A DNA stretch of 64,000 bases from a bacterium. GTDB taxonomy: Bacteria; Electryoneota; Electryoneia; Electryoneales; Electryoneaceae. The notes below the pieces were generated by a model. The model was not told the origin of the DNA. It did not search any database and saw only the letters and a program-made list of their open reading frames with translations. Made by a program: the position numbers and the translations under genes. This document shows positions 30,395-40,400 of this stretch, piece after piece (the stretch's first letter is position 1; every line of letters starts with the position of its first letter). The stretch is from the NCBI GenBank assembly GCA_963669175.1, contig OY769902.1, positions 3,712,001-3,776,000 on the forward strand, written 5' to 3'.

Positions 30395-31087
30395 CCTTCC
30401 CTCCCCTCCATGACAATGATATCCCTTTCGACACACGGTAAAAGCCAAGAAAACAATATCATCATAAAATTAGGTTCCGTTTTTGTACGTATCCTTGACA
30501 ATAGCCATGAACGTACGATTACTGTAATTTTCATACATCTTTATAAATGTTTATCAAAGCTACACGACTCCAATTGACAACGCAAACATTATTTACATCT
30601 AATCAGAAATCTGTTTGTAGTTGTTTTCGCTACAAACATGTCCTAAAAATGAATACAAGCTTCGTGTTGCAGTTTTAGTACTGATTCTGTGATATGTATA
30701 TCTGACAAGGGCTGGCACGGTTTTCAACACTTAGCATTCAATGGAATCAGTTTGTTTACCTGTTTGTATACTTCATATCCTCCAAGAGCCAAAGTTCGAG
30801 AGGGTGTATTTTTCTGGTGAGTGAAAACACGTGGAAGGTGTGATTGTATCGTAATCCGGAATGATATCTCTTACGTATTTCATCATATCCCTTCTCCAAC
30901 GGAGAAACATGTGTCTAGCGCGTGGCGTAGGCCATGTGAAAAGTGGTTCGCCCTTATTCTCCACCCTGGATGGGTGGCACATGGTGAGTGGTTGCAGGAC
31001 AGGATGCACATTGCGTGCATAACGCAAGGAGTTGTGCCACCCAGCTAGGATGGGATGAGGTGAAGGAGTCTCACATTGAATAACGAG

Positions 31088-31207
31088 ATCCCCGTTCGGA
31101 GCCGGGGATGACATAGGGTCGGAGCAAGAGCTGATGTGGCACCAGAACCGGGGATGACACAGGGTCGGAACAAGAAGCTGACGTGGGATCGAAGCCGGGG
31201 ATGACAT
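31088..31207. repeat. 46-47-bp tandem repeat (x2.3) containing REP-like CCGGGGATGACA
   Basis: CCGGGGATGACA at 31102, 31148 and 31195. Confidence 0.8.
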
Positions 31208-31327
31208 GAGGTGGGTGGGATCGTCCCACGGGGCTGACGACTCGCGCCCCGCGCCAGCCCGGATATTTCACGAACGCAGTGTCGAATCAACGAAGACAGC
31301 CAGTCTATTAGTCAACAATTCTGCTTA

Positions 31328-31511
31328 CTTGACTGCCAAACAGCCTTGACTACCAAACAGCCTTGACTACCAAACAGCCTTGTCTGACAAACAGTCTGAC
31401 TGCCAAACAGCCTTGACTACCAAACAGCCTTGACTACCAAACAGCCTTGTCTGCCAAACAGTCTGACTGCCAAACAGTCTGACTGACAAACAGCTTTGAC
31501 TGCCAAACAAC
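31328..31511. repeat. 16-17-bp tandem repeat x11 (CTTGACTACCAAACAGC)
   Basis: Directly visible. Confidence 0.93.
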
Positions 31512-31514
31512 AAG

Positions 31515-31621
31515 GTACTCCGAAGGAGTACAATAATTTAGCCCAGGGTACGCGCTGTCTGTTTAGCGCGCACCCTGGGTAGAGTGACTACTTCTTTTCA
31601 ACCCCGAAGCGGGTTGCATAA
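31515..31621 (-). repeat. Three-hairpin REP-like unit, related to the interior of both MITEs
   Basis: Reverse complement shares TTATGCAACCC...GGGTTG and AGGGT..GCGCTAAACAGACAGCG..TACCCT with 25972-26078. Confidence 0.8.
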
Positions 31622-31762
31622 AGCACCAATCAAAAATTGAGAATGGTCACAACAATCCTGATGTATTTCACAAGATGTCAAACAAACATCAAAAACTCAT
31701 AAAATTTCCGCGCTGGTCACATACCGCCCGTCCTGGGCTTTGGCGGCGTGACATAGCCTCCT

Positions 31763-32248
31763 TCACGCGTGCTTTTTCTCTTCCCGTTTCGTCACCCACA
31801 TGGCCATTGCAGCGCCGCAGACAACACAGAACGCGAAGAAATAGGTGATCGGGAAGGTTCCGAAGGGGCCAAGATAGCCGGTATCCATGAAGAGGCCGGC
31901 CAGGTGTGGAAGGAAGGCGACCAACGGGGCAATCACCAGGGTAAACAGACTGCCGAACAGGAGTTTACGGTATGGCACATGTTTGAGGGTATAACGAAGC
32001 ACCAGCAGGGTATGACCGGCAATCAGTACGAAGCTTAGCAGTTCCACGAAGACGAGCAGCATCCGACCGAGTATTTCAGCGTCTTTAGTGTAGGCCAACA
32101 AGCTCATCATGCTGAAAAAGGCCCAGATCATCGAGCAGATAAGTGCCATCAAGGGAAAGGTAATCACGTAAACGCCCGGGCTGAGCAAAATGAGAAGCAG
32201 CCAGCGTTTCTTGTCCGGCAGATTTGAAAACGAAATCTGTTTCACCAT
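31763..32248 (-). CDS. Hypothetical membrane protein (tandem paralog A)
   Basis: ~4 TM segments; similar to the neighbouring gene (RWLLL, ITF, EILG, TL, KLLF, LG.FG). Confidence 0.75.
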   Translation of the reverse strand: MVKQISFSNLPDKKRWLLLILLSPGVYVITFPLMALICSMIWAFFSMMSLLAYTKDAEILGRMLLVFVELLSFVLIAGHTLLVLRYTLKHVPYRKLLFGSLFTLVIAPLVAFLPHLAGLFMDTGYLGPFGTFPITYFFAFCVVCGAAMAMWVTKREEKKHA

Positions 32249-32291
32249 TTACAGCACCAAATCTTGATGTTTTGGCTATTTACATGAAGGG

Positions 32292-32774
32292 TCATCCTCT
32301 ACGCTCATTTTTCCGTTTTTCTGCACGTTTCGGCAACCACACGGCAGCCACAGCGCCTGCGACAACACCGATAAGCAAATAGTACTTGGCCGGACTGAAT
32401 CCGAACGCACCGAGGAAGACAGGTTCGACATAGGGACGGGTCAGGATCGGAAAAGCGATCAGAAACAAAGCGGAGAACAGGGAAAACAGGACGCAGAACA
32501 GAAGTTTATGACGTGGCGCCAGCATGAGGGTATAGTAAAGCAGCAGCAGCGTCTGACCGGCAACCATCCCGATGACGAGTATCATCATGGCGATTAGCGC
32601 AAAAACACCCAGGATCTCCACATTAAAATTATACGTCAACAGGGAGAACATGATGCTTGCCGCCATCAACGCATCGCTGACAACAATCATTGCGAGGAAG
32701 GTAATCGCAAACGATCCAACGAAAAACGGGACCAGGAGCAGCCAGCGTACATTATCAGACAACCTGTTGAACAA
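32292..32774 (-). CDS. Hypothetical membrane protein (tandem paralog B)
   Basis: Shares motifs with 31763-32248. Confidence 0.75.
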   Translation of the reverse strand: MFNRLSDNVRWLLLVPFFVGSFAITFLAMIVVSDALMAASIMFSLLTYNFNVEILGVFALIAMMILVIGMVAGQTLLLLYYTLMLAPRHKLLFCVLFSLFSALFLIAFPILTRPYVEPVFLGAFGFSPAKYYLLIGVVAGAVAAVWLPKRAEKRKNERRG

Positions 32775-32957
32775 GTGTGATCCCCCCCCTGTTATTCTCG
32801 TTTTCGGTCTGTTAATATACGCAAGGAAGCGTATCTGACGATATGAGGTCCGTTCCGGTTTCGTAACATTCTTCCCCTACTATATTGCTCGACAATATTA
32901 CCGGGCCTATCTTAGCAGACCTATCTTTTACACGGCAAACCTGTCAACAAACTGGGG

Positions 32958-33605
32958 GTGGACAGTATGCGTACCGGGCAACGCCTTTGCATGGCCTTTC
33001 TCTGCCTGTTTCTCGTTTCTCTTTCCGCAGTAGCACAAACTGATGCAAAGAAGGAGTACTACGAAGGACGGCTGATCGAACGTGTGGACGATCTTGAAGC
33101 CAAGCTGAACCGTTTCAGCGAAGCAATGGGCAGCAGTGACATCAAGATGATGAATGAGAAGCGTCTGGACCTGTTCGTCGCCTATGCGTTTGTGTATGAA
33201 CATGCCAGCTACTTCGAGATGTTCAATACGCCCGAAGCGCTAATCCCGACTCTGGCGGAACGTGTGCCGCCATTAATGGAAAAAGCGGATGAAGTGATGC
33301 CGACCTGGATCCTGGGCCTGCCCAAGGAACTGTCCACCTTTACGTTCTTCCTGGCAGAGGCTGAAAAGCTCGAGGCGCCTGCCGAGAAGGCTATTGAAGG
33401 CTACCGGGACGGGACGACAGATCATGCGGGCCTGTTCGCCGCGCAGTATCGTTTCCTGGGCAACACCATCGTGATGAACCTGCTGTGGCGTTCCGGTGAA
33501 CAGTTCGGCATCACCAGCAGCAACAGTAGCCAGTATGAGTCCCGCGTGAATGCCGTAAACAAGAAAATGGAAGAACTGGACGCGGAGATGGATACGCTGG
33601 AATAG
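32958..33605 (+). CDS. Hypothetical exported helical protein
   Basis: Signal peptide (SLSAVA-Q); host-like codon usage. Confidence 0.7.
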   Translation: MDSMRTGQRLCMAFLCLFLVSLSAVAQTDAKKEYYEGRLIERVDDLEAKLNRFSEAMGSSDIKMMNEKRLDLFVAYAFVYEHASYFEMFNTPEALIPTLAERVPPLMEKADEVMPTWILGLPKELSTFTFFLAEAEKLEAPAEKAIEGYRDGTTDHAGLFAAQYRFLGNTIVMNLLWRSGEQFGITSSNSSQYESRVNAVNKKMEELDAEMDTLE

Positions 33606-33817
33606 CGGTAGTCCCTGCGGCAGTTTTACTCCGAAGGAGTTCGATACGTGAGCCCCGGGTTGGTATCGTCAGTGTGATGCCTGCCCGGGGTTCATCTATC
33701 CAGGCCCCTCGGGATAGGTTCCGTCTTCAATGTGATAATAATAATCGCATGTGATAATAGTAACCGCTGAATACGAGGCACCTCGAAGAGGTGAAACTTG
33801 AATAGCACCGTAAATTC

Positions 33818-34507
33818 CTAATTCCTAATTGCCTTTTCCGCTCTATCCCGAATTCCACGCATCATTTTCTGTTCCATAATGAAGTGTCCGAATTCGGAAA
33901 ACGCGTAGTCCAGGATTTTCATGAACCAGGATTGTGGCAGCGAGATCATGGACCTGACAATCAGTCTGCATTCCTCAGCTTGATCTCCCCCATCTCCGAC
34001 TGGTTCCAGGTGCATCTGCCAGATGAAATCGTTGAGGCCCATCAGGGGCTGGCGTCCTCCAGTGGCTTTCAGGGTGGCGCTACTATCGTGGGTCAGCACG
34101 AAGGTCCGTCCCTCCACCATCCGCGACAGACGGATCACCGGGATACCGTTCGCAGCAAACTTCACCTGATCGCCTTCCTGGATAGCATCCCAGTCCGGGA
34201 TCAGTTCGTTTATCGTCTTCCCCCTGTATCCGAACAGGTTCTCCAGCCAGGTGTAGGAATAGAACCCGCCGCGACCGTGCCCAATCTGCTTGATCCACGG
34301 CCAGGTTTGGGACGGTGAGGCTTTGATAGTCAGCGCACGTGTGCTGGTCGAGATCTTCCCGGAAGCAAGATCATCCCCGGGCAACGGCATGGCCACTTCT
34401 GCATCCGTAGCTCCCCATCGCATGAACCAGCGTCGGAACCGCCATGCGATGATTCCGGCAAGCAAGGTACAACCGGAAATAAAGAGCCATGTGGTGCGTT
34501 TCGTAAT
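33818..34507 (-). CDS. SRPBCC-like protein; start uncertain (ATT 34507 or TTG 34465)
   Basis: WGATDAE...LPGD, WPWIKQIG.GRGGFYSY.WLEN, FIME.KM..GI..RAE. Confidence 0.75.
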   Translation of the reverse strand: MTKRTTWLFISGCTLLAGIIAWRFRRWFMRWGATDAEVAMPLPGDDLASGKISTSTRALTIKASPSQTWPWIKQIGHGRGGFYSYTWLENLFGYRGKTINELIPDWDAIQEGDQVKFAANGIPVIRLSRMVEGRTFVLTHDSSATLKATGGRQPLMGLNDFIWQMHLEPVGDGGDQAEECRLIVRSMISLPQSWFMKILDYAFSEFGHFIMEQKMMRGIRDRAEKAIRN

Positions 34508-34603
34508 CCTGTCCTCCTATAAAGCTACTTGCACAGATAGCACTGCTACCATCGAAACATCGTGTTGAATGATGTATCGCGCTGAGTACTATTCCAGTTA
34601 TGT

Positions 34604-34782
34604 TTCACATTCATCAGTCTTCTTCACATTCATTTAGCTTGCTTCACATTCATTTAGCTTGCATCATATTCATTCAGCCTGCTTCACATTCATTCAGCCT
34701 GCTTCATATTTATTCAGCCTTCTTCACATTCATCAGCTTGCTTCACATTCATCAGCTTGCTTCACATTCATTTAGCCTTCTT
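34604..34782. repeat. Degenerate ~19-20-bp tandem repeat (TTCACATTCATTTAGCTTGC), ~9 units
   Basis: Directly visible; abuts the REP/MITE cluster. Confidence 0.88.
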
Positions 34783-35383
34783 CAGCAGGCTCTTCTTAGC
34801 ACCCGGCTTTAGCCCTGTCTCTTACCCACATCTTCTGAAAGCTGTATCAGTAAAAGAGTTGTGGACATAGCATTTTTAGAATCCCGGCGGGATTCCCTAT
34901 TTTAGCATAGTGTACAGGCCGTCTGTTTGGCCTGTACACTATGTCAGGTATTCTAACGAATAATCAACCCTGGAAGGGTTGCATAATACGCGATTCATAT
35001 TAGTACGTTCAATAAATACAGGAAATAACGCATTTTATATTCTATACAAACCAATTGGGTGTAAATTATACGTTATGCAACCCTTCCAGGGTTGAGATAA
35101 GGTTTGATCTTTTTCGTAGGGTAGACGCTAAACAGACAGCGTCAACCCTACGCTAAAATATACCACCCCCTCTGGGGTGGCAGAAACACGAAGATGTGAG
35201 CAAGAGACAGGGCTTTAGCCGGGGTGAGAAGAACCTACTTCATAGCAGAGCGCGCTTTAGCGTGCTTTCATGAAACAAGTTATTGCGCCGGAAAGCACCC
35301 TGAAGGGCGCTCACCATGTTGCTTCCATCCAATACACCCCGGCTGAAGCCGGGTGCTAAAAAGAGCAGGCTAAAGCCTGCTAA
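34783..35383. repeat. REP/REPIN-like composite palindromic repeat, copy 2 (inverted relative to copy 1), interrupted by a MITE
   Basis: CACCCCGGCTGAAGCCGGGTGCTAAAAAGAGCAGGCTAAAGCCTGCT matches the reverse complement of 25543-25589. Confidence 0.8.
34815..35210. mobile_element. MITE copy 2 with IS50/Tn5-like TIRs and 10-bp TSD
   Basis: CTGTCTCTTACCCACATCT ... AGATGTGAGCAAGAGACAG; GGCTTTAGCC at 34805-34814 and 35211-35220; highly similar to 25714-26108. Confidence 0.88.
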
Positions 35384-35640
35384 GATCAACCTGGAAGTAT
35401 TGGTTATACAACACTTATACTGTTTCTTGAAAGTATTGTTGTGTGCGAGAAGCAACCATACAAAGCTGTAAATGCGGCTTCAACACATCCATTTCGCAGA
35501 TATGCGACATTACTTTCGAGCATTACTATAATCAAGAGCATTGCAATAGCTGGCATCTCAACCTGAATAGTATAGTGAACAGGCTGACACGAGATATCAT
35601 TCCTAATTTCTAATTCCCAATTCCATATTCCGAATGGTTG

Positions 35641-36735
35641 TCATTTCACCAGGATCAACTGTTGTATCGCACTGATCTCCCCAGCCTGGAGCCGCAGGAA
35701 ATACATCCCCGTCGCGAGATTAGCGCCGTCAAACTGAACCCGGTGAAGTCCGGCTGACTGAGAAGCGTTTGCCAGCACGGCAACCTGACGTCCCAGCGCA
35801 TCGAACACCACTACATTCACCCTGCCTGCCTGTTCAAGGGTATAAGCGACCGTTGTTGTCGGGTTGAACGGGTTCGGGTATGCGGACAAGTCGAATTCTA
35901 CGGGCATTGTATTGCCAGTACGTACCGCCTGTTCCGGACGATAGATGCGAATGGCGAAGCTGTCGTTATCGATGAAAGGATTCCGGTTGCCCTGGATGGC
36001 GTAAACCGCTTCGTTTCGTTCGATTTCCTTTTCGCTGACCGGATCGGCGGCATGCCATTCCAGCAACATTTCTTCGGCCCAATCCTCCAGTACCGCACCG
36101 TCGCACATGTCGCTGCCCGGCCAGGCGCCGTCTTCGCCGTAATAACGAACCGTCATGTAGAGGTAGGCGCGGGCAAAATCACCCTTGTATTCATCGATGG
36201 GCTCGAATACGGTCCCGGAATAGCCAGTGTAAACGCATGGCCCGATCTTACAACCATTCTCCGAAGTCCAGGTCGGGTTGGACACTTCGCCATAAGGATA
36301 ATTGCCACGCCGGTTATTTACATAAATATCGGACGGATAAATCATGTTGATATCGGTGTTCATGGGAAGAATTTCACCGCCGAACCAGCTACGTGGCCAG
36401 GAATGCTCACGATTGTAGCCTTCTCCTTCCCCGCCTGCCGATCCTCCCTGGTCATCACCGGGGGTGTATTCGTAGGGTGGTGTACCGCCGGGAATGTCCG
36501 AATACATATCCCAGATCATCCCGTTAGATTTGACATCTGTGGTAAAGAACGCGCCCCAGATGTCGCTGTAACTGATGACAGTATGGTTATCGATTATATC
36601 ATGCAACTCAGCACGTAATTCTTCGCCCAGCAAACCGTCCGCAGCATCGTAATAGCCGTCGGGCTGTGCCATCCCACATGATGCAATCAGGAGAACAGCC
36701 ACACTTGAATACAACATCGTATCTAAAAAACGCAC
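35641..36735 (-). CDS. Secreted endonuclease I (EndA/Bsn family) with T9SS-type CTD
   Basis: NREHSWP.SW, N..RGNYP, KGDFARA, QGNRNPFID; YPNPFNP CTD; GTG start inferred from RBS. Confidence 0.9.
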   Translation of the reverse strand: MRFLDTMLYSSVAVLLIASCGMAQPDGYYDAADGLLGEELRAELHDIIDNHTVISYSDIWGAFFTTDVKSNGMIWDMYSDIPGGTPPYEYTPGDDQGGSAGGEGEGYNREHSWPRSWFGGEILPMNTDINMIYPSDIYVNNRRGNYPYGEVSNPTWTSENGCKIGPCVYTGYSGTVFEPIDEYKGDFARAYLYMTVRYYGEDGAWPGSDMCDGAVLEDWAEEMLLEWHAADPVSEKEIERNEAVYAIQGNRNPFIDNDSFAIRIYRPEQAVRTGNTMPVEFDLSAYPNPFNPTTTVAYTLEQAGRVNVVVFDALGRQVAVLANASQSAGLHRVQFDGANLATGMYFLRLQAGEISAIQQLILVK

Positions 36736-36924
36736 AAGAACCTCACTTTTGAACCGTATTGAGAAATCGTATGGGAAGGTAGTCAAGATGGTTTGATGCA
36801 GCAAGGGCAGATTATCCTCCGAAATCGACATTACTTCTTATTCTGCAACTAGATACTCCGCTCACGAGATGTTTTATTACGTTCCAACCGCGCCTATATT
36901 GACTCATCCATGAAGTATTGAGGG

Positions 36925-37620
36925 GTGAACATGAAACAATATTTAAGCTTGGGACTATGGACGGGATGCCTGCTGATTGTTACTGTTGCTACGTTTGCTG
37001 AAGAGAAGATCACTGCTGAAATGCTGGAGAAGCTCATCGCGAACTTCGAGATAACCGCGGAAGAATTTCAAACCTCTGTTGCCGATTACGAACAGGGGCT
37101 GGCAACTGTAAATGAGATGTTCGACAAGTATAAAGCTTTCATGGATGGCCTTGATCAGATCAACGCCAGTCTGCTCCCCTATGCAAATGGCGATGTAATT
37201 ATTGACCAGACGACTGATTCTCTATACATGGTTCGTATTGAGCAAATCAGCGAAAGCGCTACCGAAGCCTTGGATAATATGGAAGCCTTGACTTCGCCCG
37301 GTTATGAAAATTTCCTGCGGGTGATGAACTATACGATGGAAGGCGCGGGCCGTCTGGACCCCATGCTCGATTCCGTGATGGCCGGGCAACTATCGCTTCA
37401 GGAATTAACTCGGAAAATGGATTTGACATCAGACCAGGCCCGAATTACAGCTCACGGGTTAAAATCTCCTGTGGAATGGGGCATTCCTGGTGATAGCCTT
37501 TCCGTTTACGGCGAGAGACTGATCGTGACCAGTCACCAGATGCAGACTTTCCACGAACGCTACACCAGGTATATCGAAGAGCAGGATACACCTGAGGACA
37601 ACAGGCAAAAAGACCAGTAA
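36925..37620 (+). CDS. Hypothetical exported protein
   Basis: Signal peptide, RBS GAGG, long ORF. Confidence 0.65.
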   Translation: MNMKQYLSLGLWTGCLLIVTVATFAEEKITAEMLEKLIANFEITAEEFQTSVADYEQGLATVNEMFDKYKAFMDGLDQINASLLPYANGDVIIDQTTDSLYMVRIEQISESATEALDNMEALTSPGYENFLRVMNYTMEGAGRLDPMLDSVMAGQLSLQELTRKMDLTSDQARITAHGLKSPVEWGIPGDSLSVYGERLIVTSHQMQTFHERYTRYIEEQDTPEDNRQKDQ

Positions 37621-37658
37621 CAACAGTCATACAGCTTGACCTTGAGCACGGAGCCAAG

Positions 37659-38228
37659 ATGCGCACGCTTACTTTGATGATCAGTATTCTTCTTCTGTTT
37701 GCTTTTACGATTCCTGCATCCGGGGAAAACTTTGGAGCGCCCGTCTGTGAAACTCCTGAAGCGCTGGCGCAGTCCTGCATCAATTCTCTGCAAACCGGAG
37801 ATTTTGTAGCTTTCGCAACATTGCTGCACCCGGAAGAGATCGAGTTATTCACCGATATCATTGACATTGCATCCAGCATGGACAGCACCGGCTCAGTGAC
37901 CATGATGCTGTTTCATGTCGATTCGCCTGATGATTTTGCCACCATGGACAAAGAAGAGCTGATCGGCAACTTCCTGCGTGTCATGATGGATCAACAGCAG
38001 GGTATCCTCGAATCTTTCAGGACGGCCACATTCACCCTGCTCGGCAGCGTTCCGGAAAAAGATATGGTTCATGTCCTCTACCGAATGTCCTTTGTCATCC
38101 AGGGAATACCATTTGAAACAGTAGATATTATTACTGCCCGTCAGTACGAAAACACCTGGCGCATGGAACTGGATGCGGAAATCAAGGGGGCGTTGGAAGT
38201 ACTCAAGACAAAGCTGTCCAATAATTAG
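37659..38228 (+). CDS. Hypothetical exported protein
   Basis: Signal peptide, RBS GGAG. Confidence 0.65.
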   Translation: MRTLTLMISILLLFAFTIPASGENFGAPVCETPEALAQSCINSLQTGDFVAFATLLHPEEIELFTDIIDIASSMDSTGSVTMMLFHVDSPDDFATMDKEELIGNFLRVMMDQQQGILESFRTATFTLLGSVPEKDMVHVLYRMSFVIQGIPFETVDIITARQYENTWRMELDAEIKGALEVLKTKLSNN

Positions 38229-38400
38229 TCTATTGATTTCTGTTCTATTGAATACTGTTATGACTAGCCTTGTTCCGTATCGGTAAAACTCGTACAATTA
38301 CTGATACTGCTGCACATATCCCGTTGACTGCCTGCCAGTACGCCTGATCAGGGATTGGATGGAACGCCCTCATTTTTTGCTCTCTACCGGGAGAACTGTT

Positions 38401-39423
38401 ATGGATACGCTGAAGCCATCGTTTCGGTTTACTGGTTACATGATCTCGCTAATCATATTCTGGACAATTGTTGTTGGCGCCTCCCTGGTTTGGAACCTAT
38501 ATACCCAATATCGTGAGAGTGAGGAAGCTGCGCGTGTTGAAGCACGAACGTCGATCCGAAAGGACATTCTTTACCGTTACTGGAATGCTAATCACGGTGG
38601 CGTTTACGCCCCTGTAACTGACTGCTCCCCCCCCAATCCCTACCTGAGTTTTATTGAAGATCGTGATATCGTTTCCGAATCAGGGAATCAATATACCATG
38701 ATCAACCCGGCCTATATGACTCGCCAGGTCTTCGAGCTTGGACATGAGAAATTCGGGATTCATGGTCACATAACCAGCTTGAATCCTCTTCGACTGGAGA
38801 ACAAAGCTGATTCATGGGAAACGAAAGCGCTTGAAGCGTTTGAAAGTGGCGCCCCGGAGTATAGTGAAACGATTGATATCGAGGGAATTCCTTATATGCG
38901 TTTGATGATTCCCCTTGAAACCCAGGATCAATGTCTAGGGTGTCATGCATCTCAAGGGTATCAACTGGGCGACATTCGTGGCGGTATCAGCGTTGCTATT
39001 CCGTTGCTCCCCCTGCGAAGAGTGGCAAGAGAACACATCCAGGCGATGGCAATAGGTCATTCCCTGGTATGGCTTGTAGGAATGGTTGGATTGGGATTGG
39101 GCGGAAGAAACCTGCGAAAGAGGTTTGATGAACAGGAACGTGCGGATCGAGAAGCCCAGCGTTCCCAGACAATCACCATGCTGGCAGGCACAATCGCTCA
39201 CGAGTTCAACAATCCCCTGGCCATCATCAAGGGATCTTCGGACCTGCTGACGATGAGTGAAAAACGCACCAATGAATGCGACGCGGCGCTCAAGAAAATC
39301 AGTCGACAGGTGATACGAATGAGTGAGCTGGTTGATAAACTCGGCAAGCTTCACACGTTGAAGGAGATTGATTACGCCCAGGGAGTTAAAATCCTTGATT
39401 TAAATGGCGATGCGAAGTCATAG
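38401..39423 (+). CDS. Heme-c (DUF3365/Tll0287-like) sensor with HisKA domain but no ATPase domain
   Basis: Two TMs, NPAYMTRQ, CLGCH heme motif, IAHEFNNPL H-box; ends ~75 aa later. Confidence 0.85.
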   Translation: MDTLKPSFRFTGYMISLIIFWTIVVGASLVWNLYTQYRESEEAARVEARTSIRKDILYRYWNANHGGVYAPVTDCSPPNPYLSFIEDRDIVSESGNQYTMINPAYMTRQVFELGHEKFGIHGHITSLNPLRLENKADSWETKALEAFESGAPEYSETIDIEGIPYMRLMIPLETQDQCLGCHASQGYQLGDIRGGISVAIPLLPLRRVAREHIQAMAIGHSLVWLVGMVGLGLGGRNLRKRFDEQERADREAQRSQTITMLAGTIAHEFNNPLAIIKGSSDLLTMSEKRTNECDAALKKISRQVIRMSELVDKLGKLHTLKEIDYAQGVKILDLNGDAKS

Positions 39424-39469
39424 CGGCCCCTGTTATTTAGCTATGGAACAAACTTCAGCCGGTTGTTTT

Positions 39470-39505
39470 GAAAACCTCCCACGCCATCGTGGGAGGTTTT
39501 CTTTT
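39470..39505. terminator. Bidirectional terminator
   Basis: GAAAACCTCCCACG-ccat-CGTGGGAGGTTTTC TTTT. Confidence 0.85.
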
Positions 39506-39569
39506 GAAGAACACACTGAACCTACTTACGTTTCGGCAAATATTCCGGTAGGTTCCTTTTGTGACTACG

Positions 39570-40400
39570 TCAGTGTTTTCCCGTTTCTGAGACTTCAGTC
39601 TCTTGTTTTTGTTTACTTTCCAGTTCTGGATGATGATGACGCACGATTTTTTGGTATTGGACCACTGTGGCGCGGCCCAGTGACAACGTCCGCATAATCT
39701 CGATTTGTGTCAACCCCTTCTCCATTAATGTCTTGATGTTTTTGTAAGTTCGTAAATAGCGACCCACCGCTTCAAGACTATGTTCCGTCTGCTTTGAGAT
39801 CGCAGGTTCATCCAGGCCCTGTTCATATAACGCAATAATAATTGCCTTGTGTGTCGGTCGACTGCCCTGGTCCAGCATGATCCCTTTTGTAGGCAGGATG
39901 TCATCATGTGTCGCATGGTAGCGTTGCAGGTATTTACCTACCGTGCTTAAGCTGCGATTCATCAGCGTACTCAGCTCTGCATGGCTCAACAGACCGCCCT
40001 GTTCGTACGCGCTTTTCACTAACCGAGCCATTACCTCCACATCACGGTCAACCTGCTTCAGCACATTTTTCTTGCCGTAGTGTCGTTGCACACGTACTTC
40101 GATGTCCTCTTCCGTCACCAGCGGCAGAAAGACGGTCTTCACCGGCACATCCTCCACACGGGTGCCGTAGCTCGGCTTCCCGCAACGGGCATCCGTGGTC
40201 CGCCAGACAACCGTACCCGGAGCACGTTGGGCGATGTCGGGATAGAACTCACGATGCAGCTCCAGGATGTCGTTCGCAAGCATCCCCAACACCTTCCGGC
40301 TGCCCAGGATCTTGTACTCTGTCTCCAGAAGACGGATGATCGCAGCCCGAAACTCCCGTTTCTGCAACGATTCGTAGTGGTTACGATATTCAGGTCGCAT
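39570..40400 (-). CDS. DUF1670-like multi-HTH protein (paralog 2)
   Basis: AYEQGGLLSHAEL, PTKG..LDQG..PTHK..II.LY, HS.EAV.RY; ATG 40400 after GGAGG. Confidence 0.8.
   Translation of the reverse strand: MRPEYRNHYESLQKREFRAAIIRLLETEYKILGSRKVLGMLANDILELHREFYPDIAQRAPGTVVWRTTDARCGKPSYGTRVEDVPVKTVFLPLVTEEDIEVRVQRHYGKKNVLKQVDRDVEVMARLVKSAYEQGGLLSHAELSTLMNRSLSTVGKYLQRYHATHDDILPTKGIMLDQGSRPTHKAIIIALYEQGLDEPAISKQTEHSLEAVGRYLRTYKNIKTLMEKGLTQIEIMRTLSLGRATVVQYQKIVRHHHPELESKQKQETEVSETGKH

Noticed and set aside
28109-30448. Integron cassette array
   Set aside because: The genes are short, co-oriented and AT-rich, but I could not find attC sites (RYYYAAC...GTTRRRY hairpins) or an integrase.
30773-31290. 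Short ORFs in the repeat-rich intergenic region (also 34600-34812, 35240-35455, 45715-46183, 52550-53059)
   Set aside because: They are translations of repeats or palindromes with no RBS or protein-like features.
31088-31511. CRISPR array
   Set aside because: Units are head-to-tail tandem repeats or have similar rather than unique spacers, and no cas genes are in the window. The same applies to 17268-17347 and 34604-34782.
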